A DNA stretch of 33,048 nucleotides, from positions 1 through 33,048 of IMG/VR virus record IMGVR_UViG_3300044670_000088; one strand, 5' to 3'. Below are positions 23,699-32,959 of this stretch, one piece after another. Position numbers and translations under genes: made by a program. Source of the DNA: a virus (lineage: Duplodnaviria > Caudoviricetes). Within the stretch, counting starts at the first letter, position 1. Each line of letters opens with the position of its first letter. Under the pieces are notes generated by a model. The model was given only the letters and a program-made list of their open reading frames with translations. It ran no database searches and had not been told where the DNA came from.

Positions 23699-26215
23699 TC
23701 ATATATCAAACGTATTCATACGTGGGAACAATGCAAGCACTGTTAATGGCAACGCTTGATTTTGCCTTACATACAAACGATCATCATTGTCAAAGCCACC
23801 GGGAAACTCAATCTTCTTATCGCCGGTAAATAACGGCAGGCCTTCGTCCATCTCATCTGCACTGCTGCGGAATGGTATCCGATCAGTTTCGTTAGAGCTA
23901 TTGCCGATCTCAGCGCCGACAGTTTCAAAGAAACGCGCAGTCAATCCATGCACACGCTTTGGCTTGCCTTGGCTTGTACCGTCAGCAGATCCGCTTTCAA
24001 TACGCATTGTTTGCATATTGCTGGTATAGCCAAAGCCAATAGCTGCAGTTGTGGAGCTATAGTTTAGCGTAATGCTGCCGCCCGATACAGTTACATCAGG
24101 ATGCGCAGCGCCGTTGGCAATCACCGTCAGCGTTTCGCCTTCCAGATGATACAATCCGCTCAGCGTAGTTGTTGCCGCGCCGCTATACGATAAACCGCTG
24201 TCAACAAAAAATGCGCCAGTCGTAACGCTGCCAAAGTCAAATGTCTTCATCCGCTCAACGTATCTTTTAGTAACACTGTTAATCGTGCGCTTCACAACCA
24301 TGTAAAGCTCATCTTCGCCGACCTCTGTTGGCAATGACGTAATGCTTTCCACAACTGCCTGCCCGCTGCCAAACACACCGCCGACCACATGCTTATGCCA
24401 TGCAACAATCTGCTCTTCCCTTCGATAGCTAAGGCCTAGAAGCGTGCCATCAGCGCGCAATGCCCACACAATGCTGTCGGGCTCTTGCTGGTAAGCAAAC
24501 TGCGTTAAGCCACCCTTGGTGATATGCTCGGCCAAGATCGTCATGTCAGGGGCGGCGTAGGCGTTTACATCAACATCCCCAGCATACTTAAACTCACGCA
24601 CCTTTCGATCACCGCGCTGCAAGAACAGCGTAACATCCGCAACCTGCACCGGCTCTACATTGCCAGATCCATAGTTACTGTATTTTCTGATCAGCGTAGT
24701 GGTAGGCGTAATCGGGCCGTCACTTGTCGATGACAGAACATATTCACCGCCTGATGTACCAATCGTCATAACACGCGTGGCAGACAAGTAACGAATGTCG
24801 TTTACCTGATTACTGGCAATCGTATAGATTAGCGCATCATCCGCTGCCGTGCCCGTATCAAAATTCTGGTAATCCGCGTTTTTACTAAACCACAACGTTT
24901 GCGGGCTTTCATTCGTATTGCCAAAGACAAGACGCTGCTCAAAGAACGTCACAACGCTTGGCCGGTTATTAGCGCCAGACAAAGGCTGCGTAACGGGATT
25001 AATCTCCTGCACGCTCGACAGCGTAAGCTCTGCAGTGCCGCCAGATGTATAACCCGTAAAACCCGTGCTATCTACGTCAACGCCCGCCAATGTCTTTAGC
25101 TTAAACGTATTCGTTGTAGCGCCATCAACAATGTAGTGATTGCCATTAAGCTCTGTCATGCCGACTACGCTTTGGATGTATATCGTATCGCCATCAAAGA
25201 ACGCGTGATCATTGCTTGTAATTACACAAGGGTTGGCCTGCGTAGCGCCGGTAATTACTTGCTCGGCACCGCCGCCGGGATCAAACGTAGTAAATGATGT
25301 TGTGTCTACATCATCGCCAGCTTCATCTTGCAACGTAAATGTATCGGCTGTAACATTCGCAACTCGGTAATTTGCCGCGTCAATTTCTGTCATACCTTGA
25401 ATGCTAGACAGCGCAATCTCATCGCCATTGCTATAGCCATGCGCCGTTACCGTCAAAACGCCGGGATTAGCCTTAGTAATTGCTGTAATCTTCTTGGCTG
25501 CCTCAAGCGGGCCTTGAAAGATTGGTATGGAAAACTTCCATGCATTGTGATCTGTGCGCGTCAGCTTACGCACATCATAGCTTGGATGCACCAAATACAT
25601 TGTATCCGCAGATTGCACAAAGCGTATGTTAAACAGATCTGCTTCTGCATACGGCGTGGCAATCTCAAAGATTTCTGTTGCTGTGCCGCCAGATGTGTAC
25701 GCAGTAAATGACGTTGTATCTATGGCATTGCCGAACAAATCGGTTAGCGTAAATGTATTCGTTGTGGAGTTTGCAACGAGATAGTTACGTCCATTTAGCT
25801 CTGTCATACCAACTACGCCGGTAACAAACACCTCATCGCCATTGCTTAGCGTATGCCCAGCGCTGGTAATAACGCCGGGGTTGGCTTGCGTAACTGCTGT
25901 TATTGTCTTGTCAGACGCATCCAGAACTTGCGCGCCATTGCGATACACGCGCATAATCTGATTGCCAAACTCAAGAACATACGTGTCAGAAGACTTGAAC
26001 TGAAATGGAAACAATCGCGTTTTTACGCTGCTGCTCTTTACCTCGCCCAGAAACTCTGAGCCCGGCCTGCGCGTAATACCGCCAGAGGGAATAACGATCA
26101 TATTCGTTAGATCGGCCAAGCCCTCTTTGTATTTCTCAATGTTTATGCGGCCTTCAAACTTTGGGCTGATCTCGCCCGCCGTAAAAGAGCTAAACGCTGG
26201 AGCAGATCGCGCCAT
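23699..26215 (-). CDS. Tail tubular protein B/nozzle with three inserted E1-FCCH-like beta domains
   Basis: SFTAGEISP..RRPG..QSADTM..FFEQRL..AWHKH..FVDSG; three ITxxTxANP..H..GD..GMTE repeats. Confidence 0.9.
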   Translation of the reverse strand: MARSAPAFSSFTAGEISPKFEGRINIEKYKEGLADLTNMIVIPSGGITRRPGSEFLGEVKSSSVKTRLFPFQFKSSDTYVLEFGNQIMRVYRNGAQVLDASDKTITAVTQANPGVITSAGHTLSNGDEVFVTGVVGMTELNGRNYLVANSTTNTFTLTDLFGNAIDTTSFTAYTSGGTATEIFEIATPYAEADLFNIRFVQSADTMYLVHPSYDVRKLTRTDHNAWKFSIPIFQGPLEAAKKITAITKANPGVLTVTAHGYSNGDEIALSSIQGMTEIDAANYRVANVTADTFTLQDEAGDDVDTTSFTTFDPGGGAEQVITGATQANPCVITSNDHAFFDGDTIYIQSVVGMTELNGNHYIVDGATTNTFKLKTLAGVDVDSTGFTGYTSGGTAELTLSSVQEINPVTQPLSGANNRPSVVTFFEQRLVFGNTNESPQTLWFSKNADYQNFDTGTAADDALIYTIASNQVNDIRYLSATRVMTIGTSGGEYVLSSTSDGPITPTTTLIRKYSNYGSGNVEPVQVADVTLFLQRGDRKVREFKYAGDVDVNAYAAPDMTILAEHITKGGLTQFAYQQEPDSIVWALRADGTLLGLSYRREEQIVAWHKHVVGGVFGSGQAVVESITSLPTEVGEDELYMVVKRTINSVTKRYVERMKTFDFGSVTTGAFFVDSGLSYSGAATTTLSGLYHLEGETLTVIANGAAHPDVTVSGGSITLNYSSTTAAIGFGYTSNMQTMRIESGSADGTSQGKPKRVHGLTARFFETVGAEIGNSSNETDRIPFRSSADEMDEGLPLFTGDKKIEFPGGFDNDDRLYVRQNQALPLTVLALFPRMNTFDI

Positions 26216-26820
26216 TAGAACCTCGCTTCAATAAAGTCGCTGGCCTCAATTTTTTGCGGCGCACCTTCCGTGCTATCCACAAACCGCGCTTCTTTTAACT
26301 TGCTGTCATATAAAGAAGCCATAAGCTGGATCATTGTAGTAGACCCAGAGATTGCATATGCAATTTCCTGCGCCAGCCGTGCGGCCAGCGTATCAGTTAA
26401 TGTCGCGTCATACTCAGCAGCATCTGTAATCCTGCCAATGTATTTAATCTTAGCGGTGCCCTCATCTGTCAGAAGCTTTCTGCCCTCAATGACAAAGACA
26501 GGCCCGCCTGTCGCATTCTTCATGTTGTCCTGCGGGTATCCCATAGTGCCGTTGTTAAACTCTAACACACGCAAGCAGAACGGGTCTGCAGGCAGTTGAT
26601 ATGAGTTTTCATAACCATACACCGGGCCAACAGTATCCTGCGCTAGCTCAGCCCTGCGGATCAAACAATTCCAAGGATGCGCCCGAAAGACTGCATCGCG
26701 GATGCTCGTGTATCGCTGATTAACAATGCGCGCCGCCTTACTGTCTTCAGTTAAGCTAATAATGTTAGACGCCCCGATTAGGTTCAGAGCATTGTTGGCA
26801 ATATCAATCACGCTAGACAT
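26215..26820 (-). CDS. Tail tubular protein A/adaptor
   Basis: IANNALNLIGA..HPWNC..YQLPADPFCLRV..LAARLA. Confidence 0.9.
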   Translation of the reverse strand: MSSVIDIANNALNLIGASNIISLTEDSKAARIVNQRYTSIRDAVFRAHPWNCLIRRAELAQDTVGPVYGYENSYQLPADPFCLRVLEFNNGTMGYPQDNMKNATGGPVFVIEGRKLLTDEGTAKIKYIGRITDAAEYDATLTDTLAARLAQEIAYAISGSTTMIQLMASLYDSKLKEARFVDSTEGAPQKIEASDFIEARF

Positions 26821-26835
26821 TAAGCATCTCCATGT

Positions 26836-26866
26836 AAAAAGAGGGGGCGGTTGCCCGCCCCGCTCT
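26836..26866 (-). terminator. Intrinsic terminator after the capsid/cement genes
   Basis: GGGGCGG-GCAA-CCGCCCC then CTCTTTTT. Confidence 0.85.
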
Positions 26867-26873
26867 GTAAGCC

Positions 26874-27335
26874 TTAGTCAACCACGTACTTAATGGTCAC
26901 TTCAATGGTTCCAGTACCAGCGGCACCGCCCATTGTGGCAGTAACAATCATACCGTCTTCATTGGTATCTGTTACAGTGCCAGAGCCCAAAGCCAGCGTT
27001 GCCAAGATGTCTACCTTTTGGGCAGATGTCGAAGCAGCAGCAGCTTTGTAAGCAGCAGCAGAAGCTGAAACCGCAGCACCGGCAGCAGTCGTATGCGCCG
27101 CATAACCAACTGACAATGTTGTTGAGCCACCCAACGCATCATGCGCTAGTGAGCCTTCCAGCAAACGTGCGCCATCAGGCAGTACAAACATCTGAATGAC
27201 ATCGCCAGATGCCAATGAAGATGCTTCGTACACACCATGTGCTACGCGGATGCGACCGCCCAGAACATTTGATGGGTTTTTGACAACAGGATCTGCAGTC
27301 GCATTAGTCTGTTGTACAGAATAAACAGTAGCCAT
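26874..27335 (-). CDS. Capsid cement/decoration protein (BPP-1 Bbp16-like position)
   Basis: Small A/G/T-rich beta protein directly after the major capsid gene. Confidence 0.75.
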   Translation of the reverse strand: MATVYSVQQTNATADPVVKNPSNVLGGRIRVAHGVYEASSLASGDVIQMFVLPDGARLLEGSLAHDALGGSTTLSVGYAAHTTAAGAAVSASAAAYKAAAASTSAQKVDILATLALGSGTVTDTNEDGMIVTATMGGAAGTGTIEVTIKYVVD

Positions 27336-27347
27336 ATCCTATTCTCC

Positions 27348-28217
27348 TTACGCTTCAGAACACAACACTTCGACTACTTTTGCTTCTTCCATGCGTGTAG
27401 CACCCACAGATTGGCAATAGTAGACTTGCGTTGCGTAAGATTTATCAGCGCGCTCATCAATACGTGCAGTCGGCTCTTTACCGATTGCAAGTTTGATACC
27501 ATCGCTAGCGAAAGCAATTACGCGGCGATAGCTGGATGAGTCAACACCCAAGCGGTTTGATGTGATGAATGTGAAGCCAACAAACTGGTTTAACTCGCCT
27601 TGAGCCAAAGCCTTAACAGTGTTGAAATCACTCGATGTTACAGTGGTATCACCCAACAAATCAGAGATTTGCTTAGGAGCTACAACGATGTAACGCGGGA
27701 TTGATGGGTCAACATTACCGGCATCCAAGATTTCCTTGGCTTCCAGCAGCTTTGCCAGCGTCAAACCAGCGGCAGGAGAACCCACACCGATAGTGTTGTT
27801 GCTGTCAAAAGCAGTAGTTGTTGAACCGTCTTTACCAGTCTTTGCATTGCCAAGAGCAGCAGAGATGATCACATCATCCATTGCGCGGCCCATAGCTGCA
27901 GCAGCAGCACGGCTATATGTCGAAGTCGGATCTACCAACAAGCGAACTTTGTCCTGATCATCAATCAGATCCGCATATTCATAGTCAGACATCGTCACCA
28001 TACGACGACTGTGAGGGGTATCGATCAGCGGTGTATCCGCGTGCCGAGTAGTTCTCAGAACAGCAGCAGCGCTACCGACCTGATCAAAAAAGGCTTTCTC
28101 GCCATTCACAGTTTCCACATCAACTGCAGGACGCAGTAGTGAACCCATTTGCTGTGAAAGCATCTGGATGTTCGCGGAGAACTGATTGACAAAAGCCGTA
28201 GTGATTTGTGAAGACAT
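27348..28217 (-). CDS. Major capsid protein
   Basis: MSSQITTAFVNQF..LSQQMGSLLR..DTPHSRR..AMGRAMDD..TSSDFNTVKAL..GATRMEEAKVV. Confidence 0.93.
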   Translation of the reverse strand: MSSQITTAFVNQFSANIQMLSQQMGSLLRPAVDVETVNGEKAFFDQVGSAAAVLRTTRHADTPLIDTPHSRRMVTMSDYEYADLIDDQDKVRLLVDPTSTYSRAAAAAMGRAMDDVIISAALGNAKTGKDGSTTTAFDSNNTIGVGSPAAGLTLAKLLEAKEILDAGNVDPSIPRYIVVAPKQISDLLGDTTVTSSDFNTVKALAQGELNQFVGFTFITSNRLGVDSSSYRRVIAFASDGIKLAIGKEPTARIDERADKSYATQVYYCQSVGATRMEEAKVVEVLCSEA

Positions 28218-28258
28218 TGTCTCACCTTTCTACAGTTTACGTTACAGATTGCTGCGCG

Positions 28259-28347
28259 TGGTTATCCCTTGCGGGGCCAATGCTTACTGCTTGGGCAGTC
28301 ACTCCACCTGACACACAGGCATGATGCGTGGGCCTTTCGGTTATCCA
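28259..28347 (-). ncRNA. Structured cis-RNA in the capsid 5' leader
   Basis: Four hairpins, two with GNRA loops and the same AUAA/C internal loop in mirror orientation. Confidence 0.65.
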
Positions 28348-29145
28348 CTATAGATACTCCCGGAGCGTAAGAACCTGTTGTACATAGCTCTCATGCTCTG
28401 GATGCATCTTATCCCAGTATGGCCCGCCGCGTCCAGTCATCTCAGCAATTTGCCGTGATGCTTCGTCAGGGGTCATAATCATTTCTGTCGGCGCGCCTTC
28501 CAGACTGTCTTCACCAATCTGTTCAGCCAAACCGGCAAACATCTTAACGATTTGCGGATGATCTCCCAACATACGACCATCTGCCAATGTGATCTCATCA
28601 AAGATCTCAGTGCCGCCAAGCAATGTATGGGCAGCTTTCTGAGCAAGCTCAACTTTCTGCTCAAACGCTCGGCCAAATTCTTGACGTAACTCTTGCTCAC
28701 CTTGGTGCCTTAGATCTTCCGCAGCCTCATCAAAGCCAGACTTAGCACCCGTTAGCGTTTCCTCAAGATACGCCGCAATGCGCTGGGCCTGCGTATTATT
28801 TAACCCCGCATCAAGCGCTGCAGCCTTTAGCCCGCTTAACTCATTCTCACTGAAGTCAGCGCTCTCAAAGTTTAGCTCATACGCATTTGCATCATCTGGT
28901 GCGCCAAGCCTTTGATATACAGCGCGCCACTCGTCAGGCGTGGCACTCTTACCCGGCAGCGGCACCTTATCCGCTCCGATCATACGCTGCGCATGTATAT
29001 AGCTTTTTGCCAGTGAAGCAGGATCAGCAAAATTTCTTAATGACGGCTCAGACCGTAAATCCTCTGGTAAGCTTTCCAGAAAGTTAGCCGGTGCCGCCTC
29101 TGCGACTTCTTGAGATCCATTGTCTTGGATTGCCTCTTCGCTCAT
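28348..29145 (-). CDS. Capsid scaffolding/assembly protein
   Basis: FLESLPEDLR..LAKSYIHAQRMIG..LGDHPQIVKMF..PYWDKMHPEH; acidic and helical. Confidence 0.88.
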   Translation of the reverse strand: MSEEAIQDNGSQEVAEAAPANFLESLPEDLRSEPSLRNFADPASLAKSYIHAQRMIGADKVPLPGKSATPDEWRAVYQRLGAPDDANAYELNFESADFSENELSGLKAAALDAGLNNTQAQRIAAYLEETLTGAKSGFDEAAEDLRHQGEQELRQEFGRAFEQKVELAQKAAHTLLGGTEIFDEITLADGRMLGDHPQIVKMFAGLAEQIGEDSLEGAPTEMIMTPDEASRQIAEMTGRGGPYWDKMHPEHESYVQQVLTLREYL

Positions 29146-29351
29146 TGTGGTTCCTTCTCGTCGGACAGCATCCGGGCGATTAGCAACACTGTTGCGCGCT
29201 GTCCTTCGTTAAATGCAGATTGATATGGATCGCCCGAAAACGTGGTTGTCTCAAAGCTAAAACGCTTCTTGAGATCACTCATTACTTGCTCACCGTCCTC
29301 TGTATTAAACGTGCGACGATACGCTAATTTCAATTCTTCTACTTTGTTCAT
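29142..29351 (-). CDS. Bbp19-like small head protein
   Basis: YRRTFNTEDGEQVMSDL..AFNEGQR. Confidence 0.85.
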   Translation of the reverse strand: MNKVEELKLAYRRTFNTEDGEQVMSDLKKRFSFETTTFSGDPYQSAFNEGQRATVLLIARMLSDEKEPQ

Positions 29352-30940
29352 TGGTTAATAGCCTTGACCAGCGGAGCAACCTGCTGCGCTTGCTGCGCTT
29401 GCATCATGTCCTGCTCTTGCTGCGCCATAACCTGCGCCTGCTCTGCCTGCTGCCGCCGTATCCGCGCAATCTCTTCATTGCTACGAATAACCCGCGCTGG
29501 CATACCAGTAACCTCAACAAGATACTGCACCAGCTTATCAGGATCTAAGTAATCCTGCACAGGCGCAACCTCACCGATCTGCGTTAACACCTCAAACCCG
29601 CGCAACATTCCCTGCAGATCTGTTAGCTTCTGAGCCTTCGCAAGCGGCGAGACATACTCAATGTCAATGTCCTGACCTTGTAAAAGCTCCGGGGCAGGGG
29701 GGAGAAGACCTTCCCGGAGCAACAGCGCAAACGAGCGAGATATGAGAGGACGAAGGAGTTCCGCTTGAAGCCGCCCTAGAACAGGCCCAAGCAATCGCAT
29801 CTTTTCCTCGTTGCGCTGTAACACTTCAGTCGCTGTCATCGATGGGCCTTCACCCAAAAGCAACTGATCAACATAAAACGCCTGCCTAATAGCATTGCGC
29901 CGTTGTTCTTCCATATTCAAGCCCAGCGGATTGTTTGCACCAATCTGCAATGGCTCCAGCCGATCACGCGTGCCAGATCTATAAAAGTTCAGCGAGCCCG
30001 GCGTTGTTCTTACCGGCAGCATAAACCCGTCATCTGGAACCATAAGGGGCGGGTCAATCTGCTTCTGCGCAGCCCTGATCGTCACCTCTGACATCTTGTT
30101 GACCATCTTAACATCTGGCAACGCAGTCATTGCTGGCGATCGGCCATAGCTGCTTACGCTATCCTTATTAAAACGCGGCACCATAAACGGGAAGTCATCA
30201 AAGCCACCCTCGCTCAAGATCTGTTTGCTAGCGAGATGATAATAAACAGATGCAATAGGCTTACTCTTCGCCATCTTTCCCTTGGCTTCTGCCCTCGGAA
30301 ACACAGCGTGTATGATCTCATGCTCTTTGTACGGGTCATTCTTTTGATCAACCAGCACAGTGCGCGGTGAGTTCTCTTCGCCAAAACGCATAACAATCGC
30401 ACGCGCCGTTAGCTTAAACTTACGATATACCGTATCAACGCGGCCCTCTGCATCCTCAGAGATCATTATCTCCGCTATATGCCGAGAACTAAACCGCAGC
30501 CCATCACCATCGCCCTCTACATAGAAGGCAGCAGTACCAAAGACCACCAAGTCATAATAAAGCTCGTGGATCTCTTGCTGGAAGTTAGAACGATTAAACG
30601 CCTGATACATCTGATCAAGGCTGCTCTCTAACCACTCATTCGCCTCATCACTGCGCTGCAGTTCCTGATCGCGGAAACGCATAGAAAACCAAGGCGTGCT
30701 AGGACTGGTAAGCATACCATGAAGACTAGATGCCAATAATTCTACCGCATGAATAGCAGTACCATCATAAATCAATTCAGTGCGCTTATCACCCTGCGTG
30801 CGCTTCTTCGTAATATCTGCCTTACGCGGCAGCATATAATCAGCTAGCTGCTGCCAGTGATTTTCCCAGTTAGACCGCTGAGATTGCAACGTCTTATATC
30901 GACGCTCAAGCTGCGTCACTATCGGAGAAACTTGCGCCAT
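29348..30940 (-). CDS. Portal (head-tail connector)
   Basis: WENHWQQLADYMLP..DLVVFGTA..YGRSPAM..MTATEV..IEYVSPLA. Confidence 0.95.
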   Translation of the reverse strand: MAQVSPIVTQLERRYKTLQSQRSNWENHWQQLADYMLPRKADITKKRTQGDKRTELIYDGTAIHAVELLASSLHGMLTSPSTPWFSMRFRDQELQRSDEANEWLESSLDQMYQAFNRSNFQQEIHELYYDLVVFGTAAFYVEGDGDGLRFSSRHIAEIMISEDAEGRVDTVYRKFKLTARAIVMRFGEENSPRTVLVDQKNDPYKEHEIIHAVFPRAEAKGKMAKSKPIASVYYHLASKQILSEGGFDDFPFMVPRFNKDSVSSYGRSPAMTALPDVKMVNKMSEVTIRAAQKQIDPPLMVPDDGFMLPVRTTPGSLNFYRSGTRDRLEPLQIGANNPLGLNMEEQRRNAIRQAFYVDQLLLGEGPSMTATEVLQRNEEKMRLLGPVLGRLQAELLRPLISRSFALLLREGLLPPAPELLQGQDIDIEYVSPLAKAQKLTDLQGMLRGFEVLTQIGEVAPVQDYLDPDKLVQYLVEVTGMPARVIRSNEEIARIRRQQAEQAQVMAQQEQDMMQAQQAQQVAPLVKAINQ

Positions 30941-31137
30941 TACACCATCCTAAAGCTATTCAGCATACTTTTCTTTTTCTTCACGCCCTCTATGGCCCCA
31001 CCTTGGGTGCGACCCACCATGCGCTGCTGTAGGCGTTCCAACGGGTCAATCGTTGCCGCCTTCATTCCCTGCGCCGGTTGCGAAGAAATCTGCCCCATCA
31101 TGCCAGCAATATTCTGAGGCTGCTTTTTAATCATCAT
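30940..31137 (-). CDS. Small basic protein ending in KKKKSMLNSFRMV
   Basis: ATGA/TAATG coupling on both sides. Confidence 0.8.
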   Translation of the reverse strand: MMIKKQPQNIAGMMGQISSQPAQGMKAATIDPLERLQQRMVGRTQGGAIEGVKKKKSMLNSFRMV

Positions 31138-31676
31138 CTGATCAAACCCATTAAAGAACGACGAGGGCGCGTTGTATCAGGATCAGCAAGCAATCCCTGC
31201 GGACCCGTTAATATCGTGCCCTTGCGACCCTTCTTGCCAGCAGTCATGGCACCAGCCTCTGTACGGCCCTCTGGGGCTGCACCCTTTAACGGCTCATCAG
31301 CGCCGGGAACAGCAGCTTCTGACGCACCGTCAGCCGTATCCGCATCAGGAGCCTCTGCAGGACGCGCACCCTTTGGCTTGTCCTCTGTACCAAAACCAAA
31401 TTGCTCCATACGCTCTTGCTGAACCTTAGCCATCTTTTGCGACTGCGCAGTGCGCTCGTCATAGCCATAAGGCTTTTCCTTAGAAATCCCTAAGCCATAC
31501 GCAACATCACCTTTCGCAATGTCAAACTGTTCGCCAATCGTTGTACGGCGCGCTTTAGGACGCACAGCTTCTGGGAATTGTTTCTGCCCAGTAAATTGCC
31601 GATCCTCAGATGTACGATCCTCTAACTCAGTTGGCCCGCCGCCAAACGCAGCCCTTAAATCATCAAAAAATCCCAT
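31134..31676 (-). CDS. Pre-portal virion protein (T7 gp7.3-like position)
   Basis: KKGRKGTILTGPQGL..RRSLMG C-terminus; SD GAGGT. Confidence 0.8.
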   Translation of the reverse strand: MGFFDDLRAAFGGGPTELEDRTSEDRQFTGQKQFPEAVRPKARRTTIGEQFDIAKGDVAYGLGISKEKPYGYDERTAQSQKMAKVQQERMEQFGFGTEDKPKGARPAEAPDADTADGASEAAVPGADEPLKGAAPEGRTEAGAMTAGKKGRKGTILTGPQGLLADPDTTRPRRSLMGLIR

Positions 31677-31684
31677 AGCCTACC

Positions 31685-32959
31685 TCATGCTGCAAAAGGG
31701 TCATACTCCATGACCGCCTGTCTCTGCGGTGCCCTAGATCGATCCCGCGTTTCCCTAAGCCCCACAGCAAAATACCTAAAAGCATCCGCAGCGTGACTGC
31801 TCCAATCATGTACCGGCGAAGCGCGAAAACTCCGCGTCCTCTCATTATACGCCCGGTGATACTGCCGCAACGCTTCCAAACCATCCTTGCACTTCTCACG
31901 GTCAAACCACAACCGAGGTATCAACATCTGCGCAGCGTGTATCCCATCCTCAACAGGAAGCTTAGGAACAACGCGGAAATTCAAACCAAGATCCCAAGCA
32001 ATCTCCCGCCTGCTCTTACCACTACCAAGCTCACGCACCTCTATGTCATGCGGCGCATTGTGATCCCCGTATAAATACTTCTTCTCCGAAAGAACCTTGC
32101 AATAATGAGGCAAACCCTCATTCCTGTTTTCATAAAAGTCTATCACATGCACAGCACGGCCAACACTCTGCGTAAACCAAACCGCCGTGCTATCACCAAC
32201 ACCCAAATCCCACCACGTATCAACACGCACAGAAGGATCATAAGGAACATTAGCTATACGACCAGACGCCGTTATCTCCTCTAAATCCTTACCGTAAATC
32301 GCACCCGGAACATTCGCATTCCAACTGCACTCAAATTCCTGCGCATACTGATCAGCACTCATCATATTCTGTGCAGCAGACAATTCCTCATCATCCAACA
32401 ACCCAGTCTCTGAAGCCTTATATATCGCAGTCAACCAATCATCATTCGCAGCAGACTGCTCATAAAGCTCATAGAACGCGTTATGACCCTTTGGCGTACC
32501 AACAAACACACCCCAGCCCTTACGGTCACTCAGCGCTGGCCGTATGACCTCTGGGAACACATTCTCAGGCATCTGTGCAACCTCGTCCATCACACAGCCA
32601 TCCAAATAAATCCCTCGCAAACTATCCGGGTTCTCAGCACCCAGCAAAGAAATCCTGCCGCCAGTAGGCAAATCACACCGCAACTCAGTCTCGTGAAACT
32701 TCACACCGGGTATCTTCCCAGCAAACTGCTTCAAATAATCCCAAGCTACATTCTTAGCCTGACGATAAGTCGGTGCCATATACGCATATCTCGGCGAGGG
32801 CTTGCTGTTCATAATCGCATCCCTAAGAATGTGATTAATCGCCCACACCGTCTTCCCAAAACGACGATGACAAACAACAACACCCCAACGCTTCGCCTGC
32901 ATCTCATTGTGCAGCATCATCTGCAATGCACGCGGCTCATAAGGTATCTCAATCTTCAA
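31685..32959 (-). CDS. terL: Terminase large subunit
   Basis: HRRFGKT Walker A; LRGIYLDGCVMDE Walker B; GTPKG; WDLGVGDST; HAADAFRY; TTG start with GGGGAG SD. Confidence 0.96.
   Translation of the reverse strand: MKIEIPYEPRALQMMLHNEMQAKRWGVVVCHRRFGKTVWAINHILRDAIMNSKPSPRYAYMAPTYRQAKNVAWDYLKQFAGKIPGVKFHETELRCDLPTGGRISLLGAENPDSLRGIYLDGCVMDEVAQMPENVFPEVIRPALSDRKGWGVFVGTPKGHNAFYELYEQSAANDDWLTAIYKASETGLLDDEELSAAQNMMSADQYAQEFECSWNANVPGAIYGKDLEEITASGRIANVPYDPSVRVDTWWDLGVGDSTAVWFTQSVGRAVHVIDFYENRNEGLPHYCKVLSEKKYLYGDHNAPHDIEVRELGSGKSRREIAWDLGLNFRVVPKLPVEDGIHAAQMLIPRLWFDREKCKDGLEALRQYHRAYNERTRSFRASPVHDWSSHAADAFRYFAVGLRETRDRSRAPQRQAVMEYDPFAA

Noticed and set aside
29692-29699. GGGCAGGG KOPS-like octamer
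   Set aside because: Single noticed copy encoding Pro-Ala-Pro in the portal; no polarised series seen.
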